The notes beneath the pieces were generated by a model that saw only the letters and a program-made list of their open reading frames with translations, did no database searches and was not told where the DNA came from. This document shows positions 43,701 to 51,946 of a stretch of 64,000 nucleotides of DNA, piece by piece (within the stretch, counting starts at the first letter, position 1; the number at the start of each line of letters is the position of its first letter). The stretch is from Lingula anatina (Eukaryota; Animalia; Brachiopoda). A program made the position numbers and the translations under genes. The stretch lies in contig CM120648.1 in assembly GCA_051362555.1 (NCBI GenBank), forward strand, positions 18,348,587 through 18,412,586, in the 5' to 3' direction.

Positions 43701-46700
43701 GATCCTCTAGTTTTACATTGAAAGTGTGTTAAATTCATTAGAACACCAATCAAATATAAAACATAGCTACCAGAAGAAGTGACATGTCGTAAGAGGTGAC
43801 TTATGTAAATACAGTCCAACATGCACAGACTTTTTAAGAACCAGCGAAATGCTCTTCTGTATATTTTGACAGTTTAATCAGAACTGTTCACTTTATGTAA
43901 TATTTTATTTCACCAGGTCAATCACGCGATCTCTCAAAAGCAAACAATAAAGGGCAACAAACAGGCACCAGAGATAGTTACCAGCTTACGAAAGAAAGTT
44001 TTCTTCAACATAACTCCAGGTAAGCAAAAAGAGTCACATCTTCCCGAGGTGTATTCGGCCGAATAATAAAGACTCGAGATCAAAAGTAAGCAAAAACAAC
44101 GAACCTGGAACGTGTTAAGGTACAAACAATGCTGCCAGTCCTGCTGAAGATCTCATCCTTTTATCAAATGTCTCAAATCTCCCACCCAGTTGCAGACCCC
44201 ACCTACAAAATTGTTTCCCAACTTTAATAAATCATTCCCAACTAAAGCTGGAACTTCAAGGTTATGATCTTCATAAGGTTATTTTTCTCATCAATGTTAT
44301 TTCTATGTGTTTCCACCTAAATTGCACCACAACTCGTAGCATTCACGCACCTCACATTCATTTATCAGTACTTACTCCTCCTGAAGCGATTTGGGACTAC
44401 ATTGAATCAGGTTATCCTTTGGGCGGATTGCTGGCACAATTTAGTCTCCTTCTTACAGATTTCAGATATTCAATGTTACATGTTGTCCCTAAATCTGATC
44501 TTCACAAAACTCGTGTAATTTACGATCTTTTTTTTTATCCCAACCTGGTCTCGGTTGATTCTAACATTCCAAGAGAGTTCTCTGTGGCACAGTACGACTT
44601 CATTGATGCTGTTATCGCACATGTCCAACATTTTGTTCGTGGTGCTCTTTTAGGTATATCTTATATTCAAGATGTTTTCCACATTTTACCGATTATCAAC
44701 TGCGTCCATCCCTTAAAGGCCCAGTGGGTCACCTGTGACCCACACGTTTGACACGTCCCCACCCACACCACACAAAATGAATCCACTTCATTTTGCCATT
44801 TCCTATTCCTTATGTAATAGTTTATCCTTGTTGACCAATTAGAAACTAGATCATTATCCTTCACTTACTCAAATATGTCTGCCTCCATAAGAAGGAGTAA
44901 ATGCTATTGTCTAGTGGGTTTTTATGTGTCTGTATTGTCATCTCAAGGTAAATAATAATTTCAATATTCTGGCTTTTCATTATAAATACAATAGTCTTAA
45001 ACCACACAGAAATGTTTTATACAGTTGTTAGCTATGCTTCCAGGTTTAAATTTATTTTTTATGTTGTTATTGTAATAAAAAGAGGTTTGTGATATCTTGA
45101 AACTTAGTCATTTGTTTACCTCTAAAGCCCAGTGGGTCACCGGTGGAACATAACCGAAAACTAGGTCAATGTTGCCCAAAACATTTTTTTCAACATTAAT
45201 TGATAAATATGCTTATTACAACCCTATTACCTAGGTATTAAACTTTTCATGCAAGAAAAATATGTCTTGGGCCTTTAAGGGTTTTTCCTGGAATGATCTG
45301 TTTTATTATGAGAAATGTTTGCCAATAGGTGCAAGTTGTTCGTGCCAGATTTTTTAATCTATGAGTAAAGCTATGCAATGGATTATGTTGGAGAGATTTC
45401 ATGATTCGGCCATGTCCCATTTACTAGATGATATCTGTTTCATTGGACCTCAAAATTCCAAGAAGTATAAACATTTCCATTAACGCAGTAAAAACCTTTA
45501 CTCTGACCACTTGTTTAACGTAAACAACCTTTACTCTGACCACTTTTCTTTATTTTATCTCATTGAAATAGATATAATACAAATGAAACCTTGGATAGGC
45601 TTTTAGGGTTTAATCTGAAATAAAATTTCAGGCATCGGTCAAACGTGTCTAATTTGGTTCAGTTTTGTTGTGGGATATGGTTGATTGGGCGAGTAATGAC
45701 CCACCCACTTATTGTCCATGTGGTTCAAGTATGGTGATTTTGATGACCAAGGTAACTGCTTACTCCCTTGTTTCATTAAGTTATCTGCTATTCGAGGTTC
45801 TCTGTTCGAACCAGTTATCTCATTGTGCAACCTCAAATTACTCCTAAGTCATGCGATTCCCAGATTATAACTTACTTTGATGTGTTTAGGATCTTATTAT
45901 TTTTTTACTATTAGAAATGATAATTTTCAGTCATATGCACTTTACCTCATTTGCCTTTGAGCAAAAACAGAGCTGCGTTGTGCTAATGATCATTTGGCTA
46001 CATATTACAGCAATTTAGATAATTGTGTTTATGTAGGGAATGTCTACATCAGTGAGATTTAAGTCATCCAGCTTTTTAGCTGCTTGATATTTACCCGCAT
46101 TGTTACGTAGTGCAGTTTAAGCAGCTACGCTGGAAGATTACTTGTTTCGTTATTTCATTTTTATTTGGACACATTCCACCTTCCCCCATCACCTGCCTTA
46201 GTCCTTGTGTTTTTCTCTATTTTTTTCTTTTTTTTTTTTTTACTATCCAGAGTCTCTATTTCTGCGCCAATAACTATTGTGGTTTCATATATATTTTATT
46301 CTGAATTTATCTTGGTTGCACCCATTAAACTATATTATTATTATTATTTATATTATGACATTTATATAGCATGGGGTGTATGATAATCCCCCATTTTTGT
46401 AAGTTTATATCTCATTATTCTTCGTCATTAATAAATGACAATTTTCAGTCATATGGACTTTATGCTATTTACCTTTGAGCAAAAAGCTGAGCTTTGTTGT
46501 GTTGGTGTGATTATTTGACTACATGAATAGAATATTTCATCCACAGAGGCGTCTCTTGGCTGTAAGATATATGAAATAATATTCAAATAAATCTGAACTG
46601 AAAAAAAAAATTAATTAATTCTATAAAACGCAATATTTTGAGGAAACATGTTGTTGTAAAGAACAATTTTCTTGCTGCTGTCATATCACCTGGTAATTGT

Positions 46701-46743
46701 TTGTGTTCTAGGTGAAGAAGAGTCAGTCCAAGACCAAAACTAA
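3134..46743 (+). CDS. Multi-exon NHL-Roc-COR-caspase (ROCO-caspase) gene, predicted ~1272 aa
   Basis: Exons 3134-4082, 20703-20933, 21383-21538, 21753-21803, 24296-24328, 25168-25413, 25804-25928, 28025-29195, 29867-29916, 30239-30409, 32625-32844, 33107-33277, 35221-35330, 43917-44019, 46712-46743. All junctions are phase-compatible, total 3819 nt, no internal stop. The Roc-COR-caspase join is strongly supported; the NHL join and the last exon are less certain. Confidence 0.72.
5950..12162 (+). mobile_element. Non-autonomous Helentron/HINE-like family A, copy 1 (hosts a family B copy)
   Basis: Subterminal inverted repeats TTGTACCACCAGC / GCTGGTGGTACAA, CCGGCTCCG microrepeat, 146-bp tandem array (~6930-7900), 3' hairpin GAGGCGGTATCACCTC, CTAG end, no TSD. 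Confidence 0.75.
7917..11997 (+). mobile_element. Non-autonomous Helentron/HINE-like family B, copy 1, inserted in a T-run of family A
   Basis: 5' TGTACAGACACA with palindrome, (GTCGCC)n, ~161-bp tandem array (~8020-8900), 3' TGTCTGTACA plus hairpin ACAGCTTTGCTG; family A sequence resumes afterwards. Confidence 0.7.
13400..13990 (+). repeat. Diverged fragment of a family A-related element
   Basis: Similar to 6400-6700 and to the 146-bp unit (TGACCTTGAAATTGACCTTTGACCT). Confidence 0.6.
14121..14807 (+). mobile_element. Non-autonomous PIF/Harbinger element with CAG TSD
   Basis: ~31-bp perfect TIR GGGCCGGTTTCACAAAGCAGTAGTTAGTTAG, CAG on both sides; retains a likely transposase N-terminal relic ([24 protein letters not shown]). 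Confidence 0.9.
14822..19736 (+). mobile_element. Helentron/HINE-like family B, copy 2
   Basis: Same termini and internal sequence as 7917-11997; 161-bp array at ~14930-16250. Confidence 0.7.
18883..18941. repeat. (TA)n microsatellite
   Basis: Direct reading. Confidence 0.95.
20703..20933 (+). CDS. Exon 2: Roc GTPase N-terminal part (P-loop, switch I)
   Basis: [19 protein letters not shown] (G1) and NTTGVNI (G2); acceptor TTACCAG, donor AAG|GTAAGC; phase 1-1. Confidence 0.88.
21383..21538 (+). CDS. Exon 3: acidic insert within the Roc domain
   Basis: Open phase 1-1 exon [10 protein letters not shown]...NMLTNR with TTCTCAG acceptor and GT donor. Confidence 0.7.
21753..21803 (+). CDS. Exon 4: 51-nt micro-exon ([17 protein letters not shown])
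   Basis: Polypyrimidine tract plus CTACAG acceptor, CAG|GTAAGT donor, phase 1-1. Confidence 0.72.
21920..23300 (+). mobile_element. Diverged 3' portion of a family B element
   Basis: Colinear similarity to 10410-11975 and 18115-19715. Confidence 0.6.
23323..23907. mobile_element. Unclassified MITE-like element
   Basis: Imperfect TIR TGCCTTCAAGAAATCGACGAAAA / TTTTCCGTCAATTTTTCTTGAAGGGCA; TSD not resolved. Confidence 0.45.
24296..24328 (+). CDS. Exon 5: 33-nt duplicate of exon 4 ([11 protein letters not shown])
   Basis: Duplicated with flanking intron sequence; splice sites intact; phase 1-1. Confidence 0.6.
25168..25413 (+). CDS. Exon 6: Roc switch II (G3)
   Basis: [30 protein letters not shown], the hallmark ROCO motif. 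Confidence 0.93.
25804..25928 (+). CDS. Exon 7: Roc G4
   Basis: [11 protein letters not shown]...[11 protein letters not shown]; phase 1-0. Confidence 0.92.
25976..27692 (+). mobile_element. Helentron/HINE-like family A, copy 2
   Basis: Same sub-TIRs, 146-bp array at ~26640-27480, 3' hairpin. Confidence 0.78.
28025..29195 (+). CDS. Exon 8: end of Roc (FAISN) and COR domain
   Basis: [42 protein letters not shown] and PTGLFHRL are typical COR motifs; phase 0-1. Confidence 0.92.
29867..29916 (+). CDS. Exon 9: 50-nt COR-to-caspase linker exon with GC donor
   Basis: TAGCAG tandem acceptor, donor GAG|GCAAGT; supplies the phase 1-to-0 change needed to join exons 8 and 10. Confidence 0.7.
29960..30047. 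mobile_element. Small foldback MITE
   Basis: CAGCAAACACAGAACGTTA...TAACGTTCTGTGTTTGCTG inverted arms of about 32 bp. Confidence 0.65.
30239..30409 (+). CDS. Exon 10: start of caspase p20
   Basis: [19 protein letters not shown]...[22 protein letters not shown]...NLT. Confidence 0.93.
30725..32386. mobile_element. Tc1-derived foldback element with ~630-bp inverted arms
   Basis: Termini CAACATTGGTCAAAAAGG / CCTTTTTGACCAATGTTG, TA TSD; both arms hold a decayed Tc1 transposase C-terminus ([10 protein letters not shown]-like, AEWDNIP). Confidence 0.85.
32625..32844 (+). CDS. Exon 11: caspase catalytic His and Cys
   Basis: [16 protein letters not shown] and [15 protein letters not shown]. Confidence 0.96.
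33107..33277 (+). CDS. Exon 12: intersubunit linker and start of p10
   Basis: KILDSG...DEVPDA...[14 protein letters not shown]; phase 1-1. Confidence 0.9.
34020..34755. mobile_element. Non-autonomous PIF/Harbinger element
   Basis: TIR GGCCCACGTTTCACAAA / TTTGTGAAACGGGGGCC with internal sub-TIR copies; flanks ATG/CTG are compatible with a mutated CTG TSD. Confidence 0.75.
35221..35330 (+). CDS. Exon 13: caspase p10
   Basis: [22 protein letters not shown]...DVLQMLVN; phase 1-0. Confidence 0.93.
36814..40730 (+). CDS. Transposon-encoded SAP - SWIM zinc finger - YqaJ/lambda-exonuclease-like protein, ~624 aa, 6 exons
   Basis: Exons 36814-36947, 37695-38433, 38663-38722, 39018-39201, 39536-39695, 40133-40730 join in frame. 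Motifs: [26 protein letters not shown] (SAP), [14 protein letters not shown] (SWIM), [44 protein letters not shown]. Confidence 0.88.
41367..43204 (-). pseudogene. THAP + coiled-coil + HTH + DDE_Tnp_4 transposase, disrupted
   Basis: THAP (CCVPGC...FPKD...W...VCSAHF...PTIFP); intron 42034-42319; catalytic LDCTE, MADRG, HVER; frameshift near 42980 and in-frame TGA at 41550-41552. Confidence 0.88.
43917..44019 (+). CDS. Exon 14: end of caspase p10
   Basis: VNHAISQK...[16 protein letters not shown]; donor CAG|GTAAGC; read-through would stop at 44066. Confidence 0.9.
44200..45850 (+). mobile_element. Decayed DIRS/Ngaro-type retrotransposon RT relic
   Basis: VVPK...RVIYDL..P...VDSNIP, GALL...[10 protein letters not shown], then after an insertion [17 protein letters not shown] and [10 protein letters not shown]; outer limits approximate. 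Confidence 0.75.
44717..45274. mobile_element. TTAA-targeting (Kolobok-like) non-autonomous element inside the RT relic
   Basis: TTAA|AGGCCCA ... TGGGCCT|TTAA; removing it rejoins the RT motif. Confidence 0.7.
46712..46743 (+). CDS. Candidate terminal exon 15 ([10 protein letters not shown])
   Basis: TTGTGTTCTAG acceptor, phase 1 matches the exon 14 donor; no homology support. Confidence 0.45.
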
Positions 46744-49604
46744 AGACGGCTGTCGACGGTTTCATGCACAGAGAGCCCGCAAACGAAGTACACACACTGG
46801 ACAATAGAAGTGTCACCCCCTAAATCAGAGTAATAAAAGTAGGCAGATCTTCGGTAGTTATAATGTCTGGTCTACTTATAATGTGACTAATGAGTATAAA
46901 ACCGCTATACCATGGAATTGTATTGTTGGTCTTGTACATGTACAGCAAATATTATTCCTGTCTTCCTCCAATATGGCAAGATACAGGCAATTACATAACG
47001 GTTATATGCGTCAAGTTTTTAACCTGAAGAGACGGAATATAGGCAATGTCAGAATATCGATACAATTGAATTGTTCAGTCAGAACCGTGCAGAGGGTCTG
47101 GTCTCGGTATGGAAACACTGGATCAAGAGACAAATTGCCTCTGATGGGTCGTCCAAGAAAAAACTACTGGCCGTGAAGACCGACGACTGATTTTGATGTC
47201 CAGGTTGTCAAAGTTTGACACTGCTTGTCAGTTGACAAGACAGTGGAACAATTTTACACATAAGAATGTGTCTGTGAAAATTACTAGGCGTCGGTTAAAT
47301 GCTCAGAGAGTGTATAACAGGGTAGCAAGACAAAAAAACTCTTATATCGTTACAAAACAGGCAAGGTAGAGTGAACTAGGGTCAACAGGATCTGGAACTG
47401 GACAGTCCATGGCAATTGGTCCTATATATTTTTTTCTGGTGGGTTTCGCTTTGGTCTGACCTCTGATGACAGATGGGTACGATGCTAGCGAACTGCTGGT
47501 AAAGCATTTGAAGCACATGCACTGAATTTTCGAACCCGGAGCAGCATATTTATCATGGTGTGGGGCTGCATCAGCATCCATTGCGTAGGCGAATTGGTAG
47601 TGGTTGATGGAAACATGAATCACTAGAAATATATCGATGTTTTGGAGTCAGGCTTGCTACCATCTATTACTAACATGTTTGGTGACAGGAGTTATCCATT
47701 TGTTCACCAGGATGACAATGCTCCTTGTCACAGGCCCAGAGCAGTTGATGATTGGTTTGAACAACAGGACATTCGCAGGTGATAGTAGGCTTGTGAAGAG
47801 GTCAAACGCTGCATTTTATAGTACAAATGTCTAACTTGGCATAAATGTACCTTGGGCCAAAAGAAAAATTTTTATCCAAAGAGACGCCCTCTATCGATAC
47901 ATTAATTAGCATAAATTATGCAAATTATGTGCCAAAATATATAATATTTCATATTTCTGTGCTCACTCTAGTCATTATTTTTGATTAGCAAAATTCGCTA
48001 AAGGGTACAAATTACTATTAGCATTTTCCGATTTCAATTAGCAATTTTTGAAAGTTGAAAAATACCACCCCTCATCAGTTTTTATGCTAACATACATGAA
48101 GGAAGAAAGTGGACAGTATTAAAAGGCAAAATTAAATTATAAAACAGACTAAATATGTAAGTTAATGTAAATAATATATAAGAAAAACTAAAGCATGCCT
48201 TAGCAATATTAGGTGGAAACCAAAATCCAAGTTTATACTGTTGTACCCAACACTGGGCCAACAGGTCTTAATAACAGTCAAAGAAAGACAGAATTTATAT
48301 TTCACTTTATTCCCAGGTTACATCAGCATATGCATTATATAATTATTACACAAAGCAAACAATTTAAGACCAACATTTTGCACTATTCTATTTCAACACA
48401 TTGCAAGTAATCTGGAAAAAAAATACAGAAAAATGTACAGAGCTTCAGGTGGATGGGAGTTAAATGTCACATCTTGAAGATACAAGTGTTTGAAAAGTAA
48501 AAAATAATAATAAATAAAAAGAAAACAACAAAAATATTCCAATACAGCTGCTATTCAAACTTTTAATCTAGCTGTATTAACATGATATGAATAACCCCAT
48601 TGAGTTGGAGGATAATAAGGCACAGTAATTCATCTATAGCATTAATGTTGGCATTACACAAAAATGATTTTAAATTTTAATGTGCATTTTTAATGTGCAA
48701 CTAGACTCCATGTTGGTAATTGTCACAAGGTTATCAGGCAAGTCTAGAAGTGGCCCACCTACTGGTTCATAGTATTGAGAAGGCTGCTCTGTTGGAGGTA
48801 TTCTAGTAGCTGTAGTGAAAAATGATTCTATTCTGGACTGCATACTGGGCTTATTAGAAGAAGCAATCCTTTTCTGTGCCTTGAAAAACTTAGCCTACTA
48901 CTTGATGACAATGAAAATGGTCAGTCTTCAAATTCATCACGATCACAAATGTAACGAAAAATGGCAACTGAAACTGCAAAAGAAAAAAAAATTAATTCTA
49001 CAAAATTGTACACATAACTTTATTTATTTTCCAATCATGATAATATTTCATCGATTTAATCATTATCACAAAAATAAATTAAGAACGCACTTATGTCGCT
49101 AAACATTAGTGCTTGGTGCGCACGGCATCGATCGTCACGTGGTCGTGTAAGCATTTTTAGAAGAAAAATATTATTTTCTCTTTGGGTACAACAAACTGTT
49201 AAGGAAACATAAATTTACCAAAATCCTCGTTAATACAAGATTATACGACAATTAGTCACCCGAAGACAAGAACTGATTAGAAGACAGAATACGTGGACCA
49301 TTTCAATGTTGAAAGTAACTAACTTACGGCAAAATAAGCCCCAACTACTGAATAATTATTCATTCACTTTTTATTTTACATTCCAAAGCTTAAATTTTGT
49401 ATGTAATACAGTTTTTTTTTACGTATCAGATAAAAAATCACCTTACCTTTTCAAAAATCTTTGAAAGCATTGCCACATCGTTCTCCGCAGCTCATGTTTG
49501 AGCGCCATGTGCTGACTGCTAGTGTGGGCTATCCTGCACTGAAAATTCGGTTGCCTAATCCCGTCAGACATATGGGTGTAGACTGATTATTATACATATA
49601 TTTA

Positions 49605-51946
49605 TTAGTACCACCAGCGTATACGGTTTTAGTCCCGGCCCGTCTCGTACAGCTCCGCCGGCTCCGCCGGCTCCTGCGGCTCCGCAGTCGGGCGCCGGAA
49701 ACAAGTCACCGTTACCGCTTCTCCTCCTAGACCGCAGGGACCTGTGTCCCCATCTCTTGGATTTAGGTCACATATAATCTCAACTTGAACCCCCTGGTAT
49801 TTTTGTCTCAGTTAGTGCATTGGTCTGGGTGTGACGCTCACTGAAATGCACCCTTGTCAAAATTTTTGAAAATTTGATGCTAAATATCTCCCAAACTGAA
49901 GGAATTATGGAAAAAGTTACTATAGAGGTCTGACCAAAAGTCATATATGGAGTTTCCAAATATGCCCTTGGATTTGACATTTGACCTTTATTTCAAGGTC
50001 AAACAGGCCAAAATTTTCTAAAAATGGGAATTTTCTGCAAAAAAAGAATTGTTTGTGCCAATTTTCAGAAACTACACAGACCTAAGCTTTCATATTACAG
50101 TGGGGACTACTATTTAGGGACTCCCTTCATCTTTATGGGTTTGGGGTCAATCGGTGCATTTTCACCGGAGAAGCAGTCATTTGATGCCGAAACTAAAAAC
50201 TGTAATTGTGGAACTGTTTACACTAGAGACGTCTTGTTTTTTGCATTTAGTACAGCTTGTCAAGCACAATACTGGAGGTGGTGTCCATTTTCTTATTTTC
50301 CATACGGTTTAGGAGTTGCACTTTATTAAATAGTACAACAATGCAATATTCAGTAGTTAACATAAAATGAAAAAACACTCCCAAAATTAGCAGAGATACG
50401 CCCATAGAATTTGAATAGAAAGTTATTAACTAGCAATCTAACTGTGACCTTGATATTGACCTTTGACCTACTTTTCATGATGAACTTCACTTTGCAAGTT
50501 TTCCGGTCCTTAATTATATCATCAAAACTAGCAGAGATACACCCATAGTTACCATTGAACTTGAATAGGAAGTGATATACTGACAATCTTAGAGTGCATT
50601 CCCAGAGATTAAGATCGATCTTACTTGATCGACCTAACTCCCTGCAGTTAGCCGACCGCACACGGAATTTAATTATTCCCTTACAGCTTTTAGTAGGCAG
50701 GACAGGCATTTAAGCCAGCTATGCTGACAGTAATCTAGTGAGACTCCCCATGGGGATAGATCGATCTATAATCTGTGGAAATGGGGTCTTACTGTAACTT
50801 GGAAATTAGCCTTTGACCTTCTTTTCACTGGCAGTCTAACTCTGACCTTCAAATTGATCTGTGACCTACTTTTCATAATGAACTGCACTAAAAAAAATCC
50901 CTCCCTTATATCTCCAAAACTGGCAATAGTTGCTATTGATCTTGAATAGGAAGTTATATACTGGGAAACTTTTACTTTGAAATTGACCTTTGACCTATTT
51001 TTCACCATGAACTATAGTTTGCAAATTTTCCCACCCTACAGATGCATGAATAGGCAGTTTTTTTTCCACAAAAGCCAACTGATTGCCTGCATATCTATAT
51101 ATATATATATATGTAGCAGTTATATATAGATATACTTGCTTTAATGCATGATTAGTTTGACATTAGTACCCATTTGGTCAGCTGTACATGTGTACATTTA
51201 AAGCAATAATAACTCTTCCTTTGAGATTCAAAATTCCGCAAGAAATACATTCTAAACAACACACGGAAATATATTATACTGCATTTCACCACTAAAACAG
51301 CTGTTATTGTAGTAAAACTAAAAACTGTGCTTGTCAATAGGGCTTTCGATGCCTTTCTTCCTGGTCGTCAAGGCATTCGTTGCCAAGGGTTTTGGCGCAT
51401 CACGCAGATTCAACTATATTTTGTTGTTTATCTTTTTTTTTTTCAGCACTACCCAAACAAGCTTTTCACTTTTTGGGTGGATTCAATTTCCTAAATTATA
51501 ATTTCTCTCCCAGTTTTGATATTCTAATTATTTTAAATGTCAAAACAGCTGCATCAACCCATTTTTAAATTTTCATTAATATATATGATACAAACAAGCA
51601 CAAAAATAAAGAATATACGATGTTGCCCATGTAGGCCAATATCAACTACAGAATAAAAGGCAGCACGGTTTAACCCAAATATAAACAAAATTTCAAATAT
51701 TGTTTCCATCACAGTTAGTGAGGAAATCCTACATTCACAATGATACTACATCCTTGTATTTGACCTTTTGCTTTTGCCCACCTGATTTAAAAAAAAATAA
51801 TTATCTATGTAAAATGATAACCCTTGTTTACTGCATTTTATACAGCTTGTCAACCCCTCCCCCTTCTTTTTCCTTCCCATACGAATGCGCTTACTCCAGC
51901 TGGTGGTACAATACCAGGAGGCGGTATCGCCTCTCTGATCCTCTAG
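49605..51946 (+). mobile_element. Helentron/HINE-like family A, copy 4 (diverged subfamily)
   Basis: GTACCACCAGC / GCTGGTGGTAC, hairpin GAGGCGGTATCGCCTC, CTAG end followed by a T-run. Confidence 0.75.
50592..50788. mobile_element. Tourist/PIF-like MITE
   Basis: Imperfect ~30-bp TIRs, TTA TSD; interrupts a 146-bp unit at CAATCTTA|CTGT. Confidence 0.75.

Larger units (their letters stand above)
35361..43710 (+). mobile_element. Helentron/HINE-like family A, copy 3, interrupted by ISL2EU
   Basis: Sub-TIRs and 3' hairpin-CTAG present; a 146-bp unit is split at 36710/43308. Confidence 0.78.
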
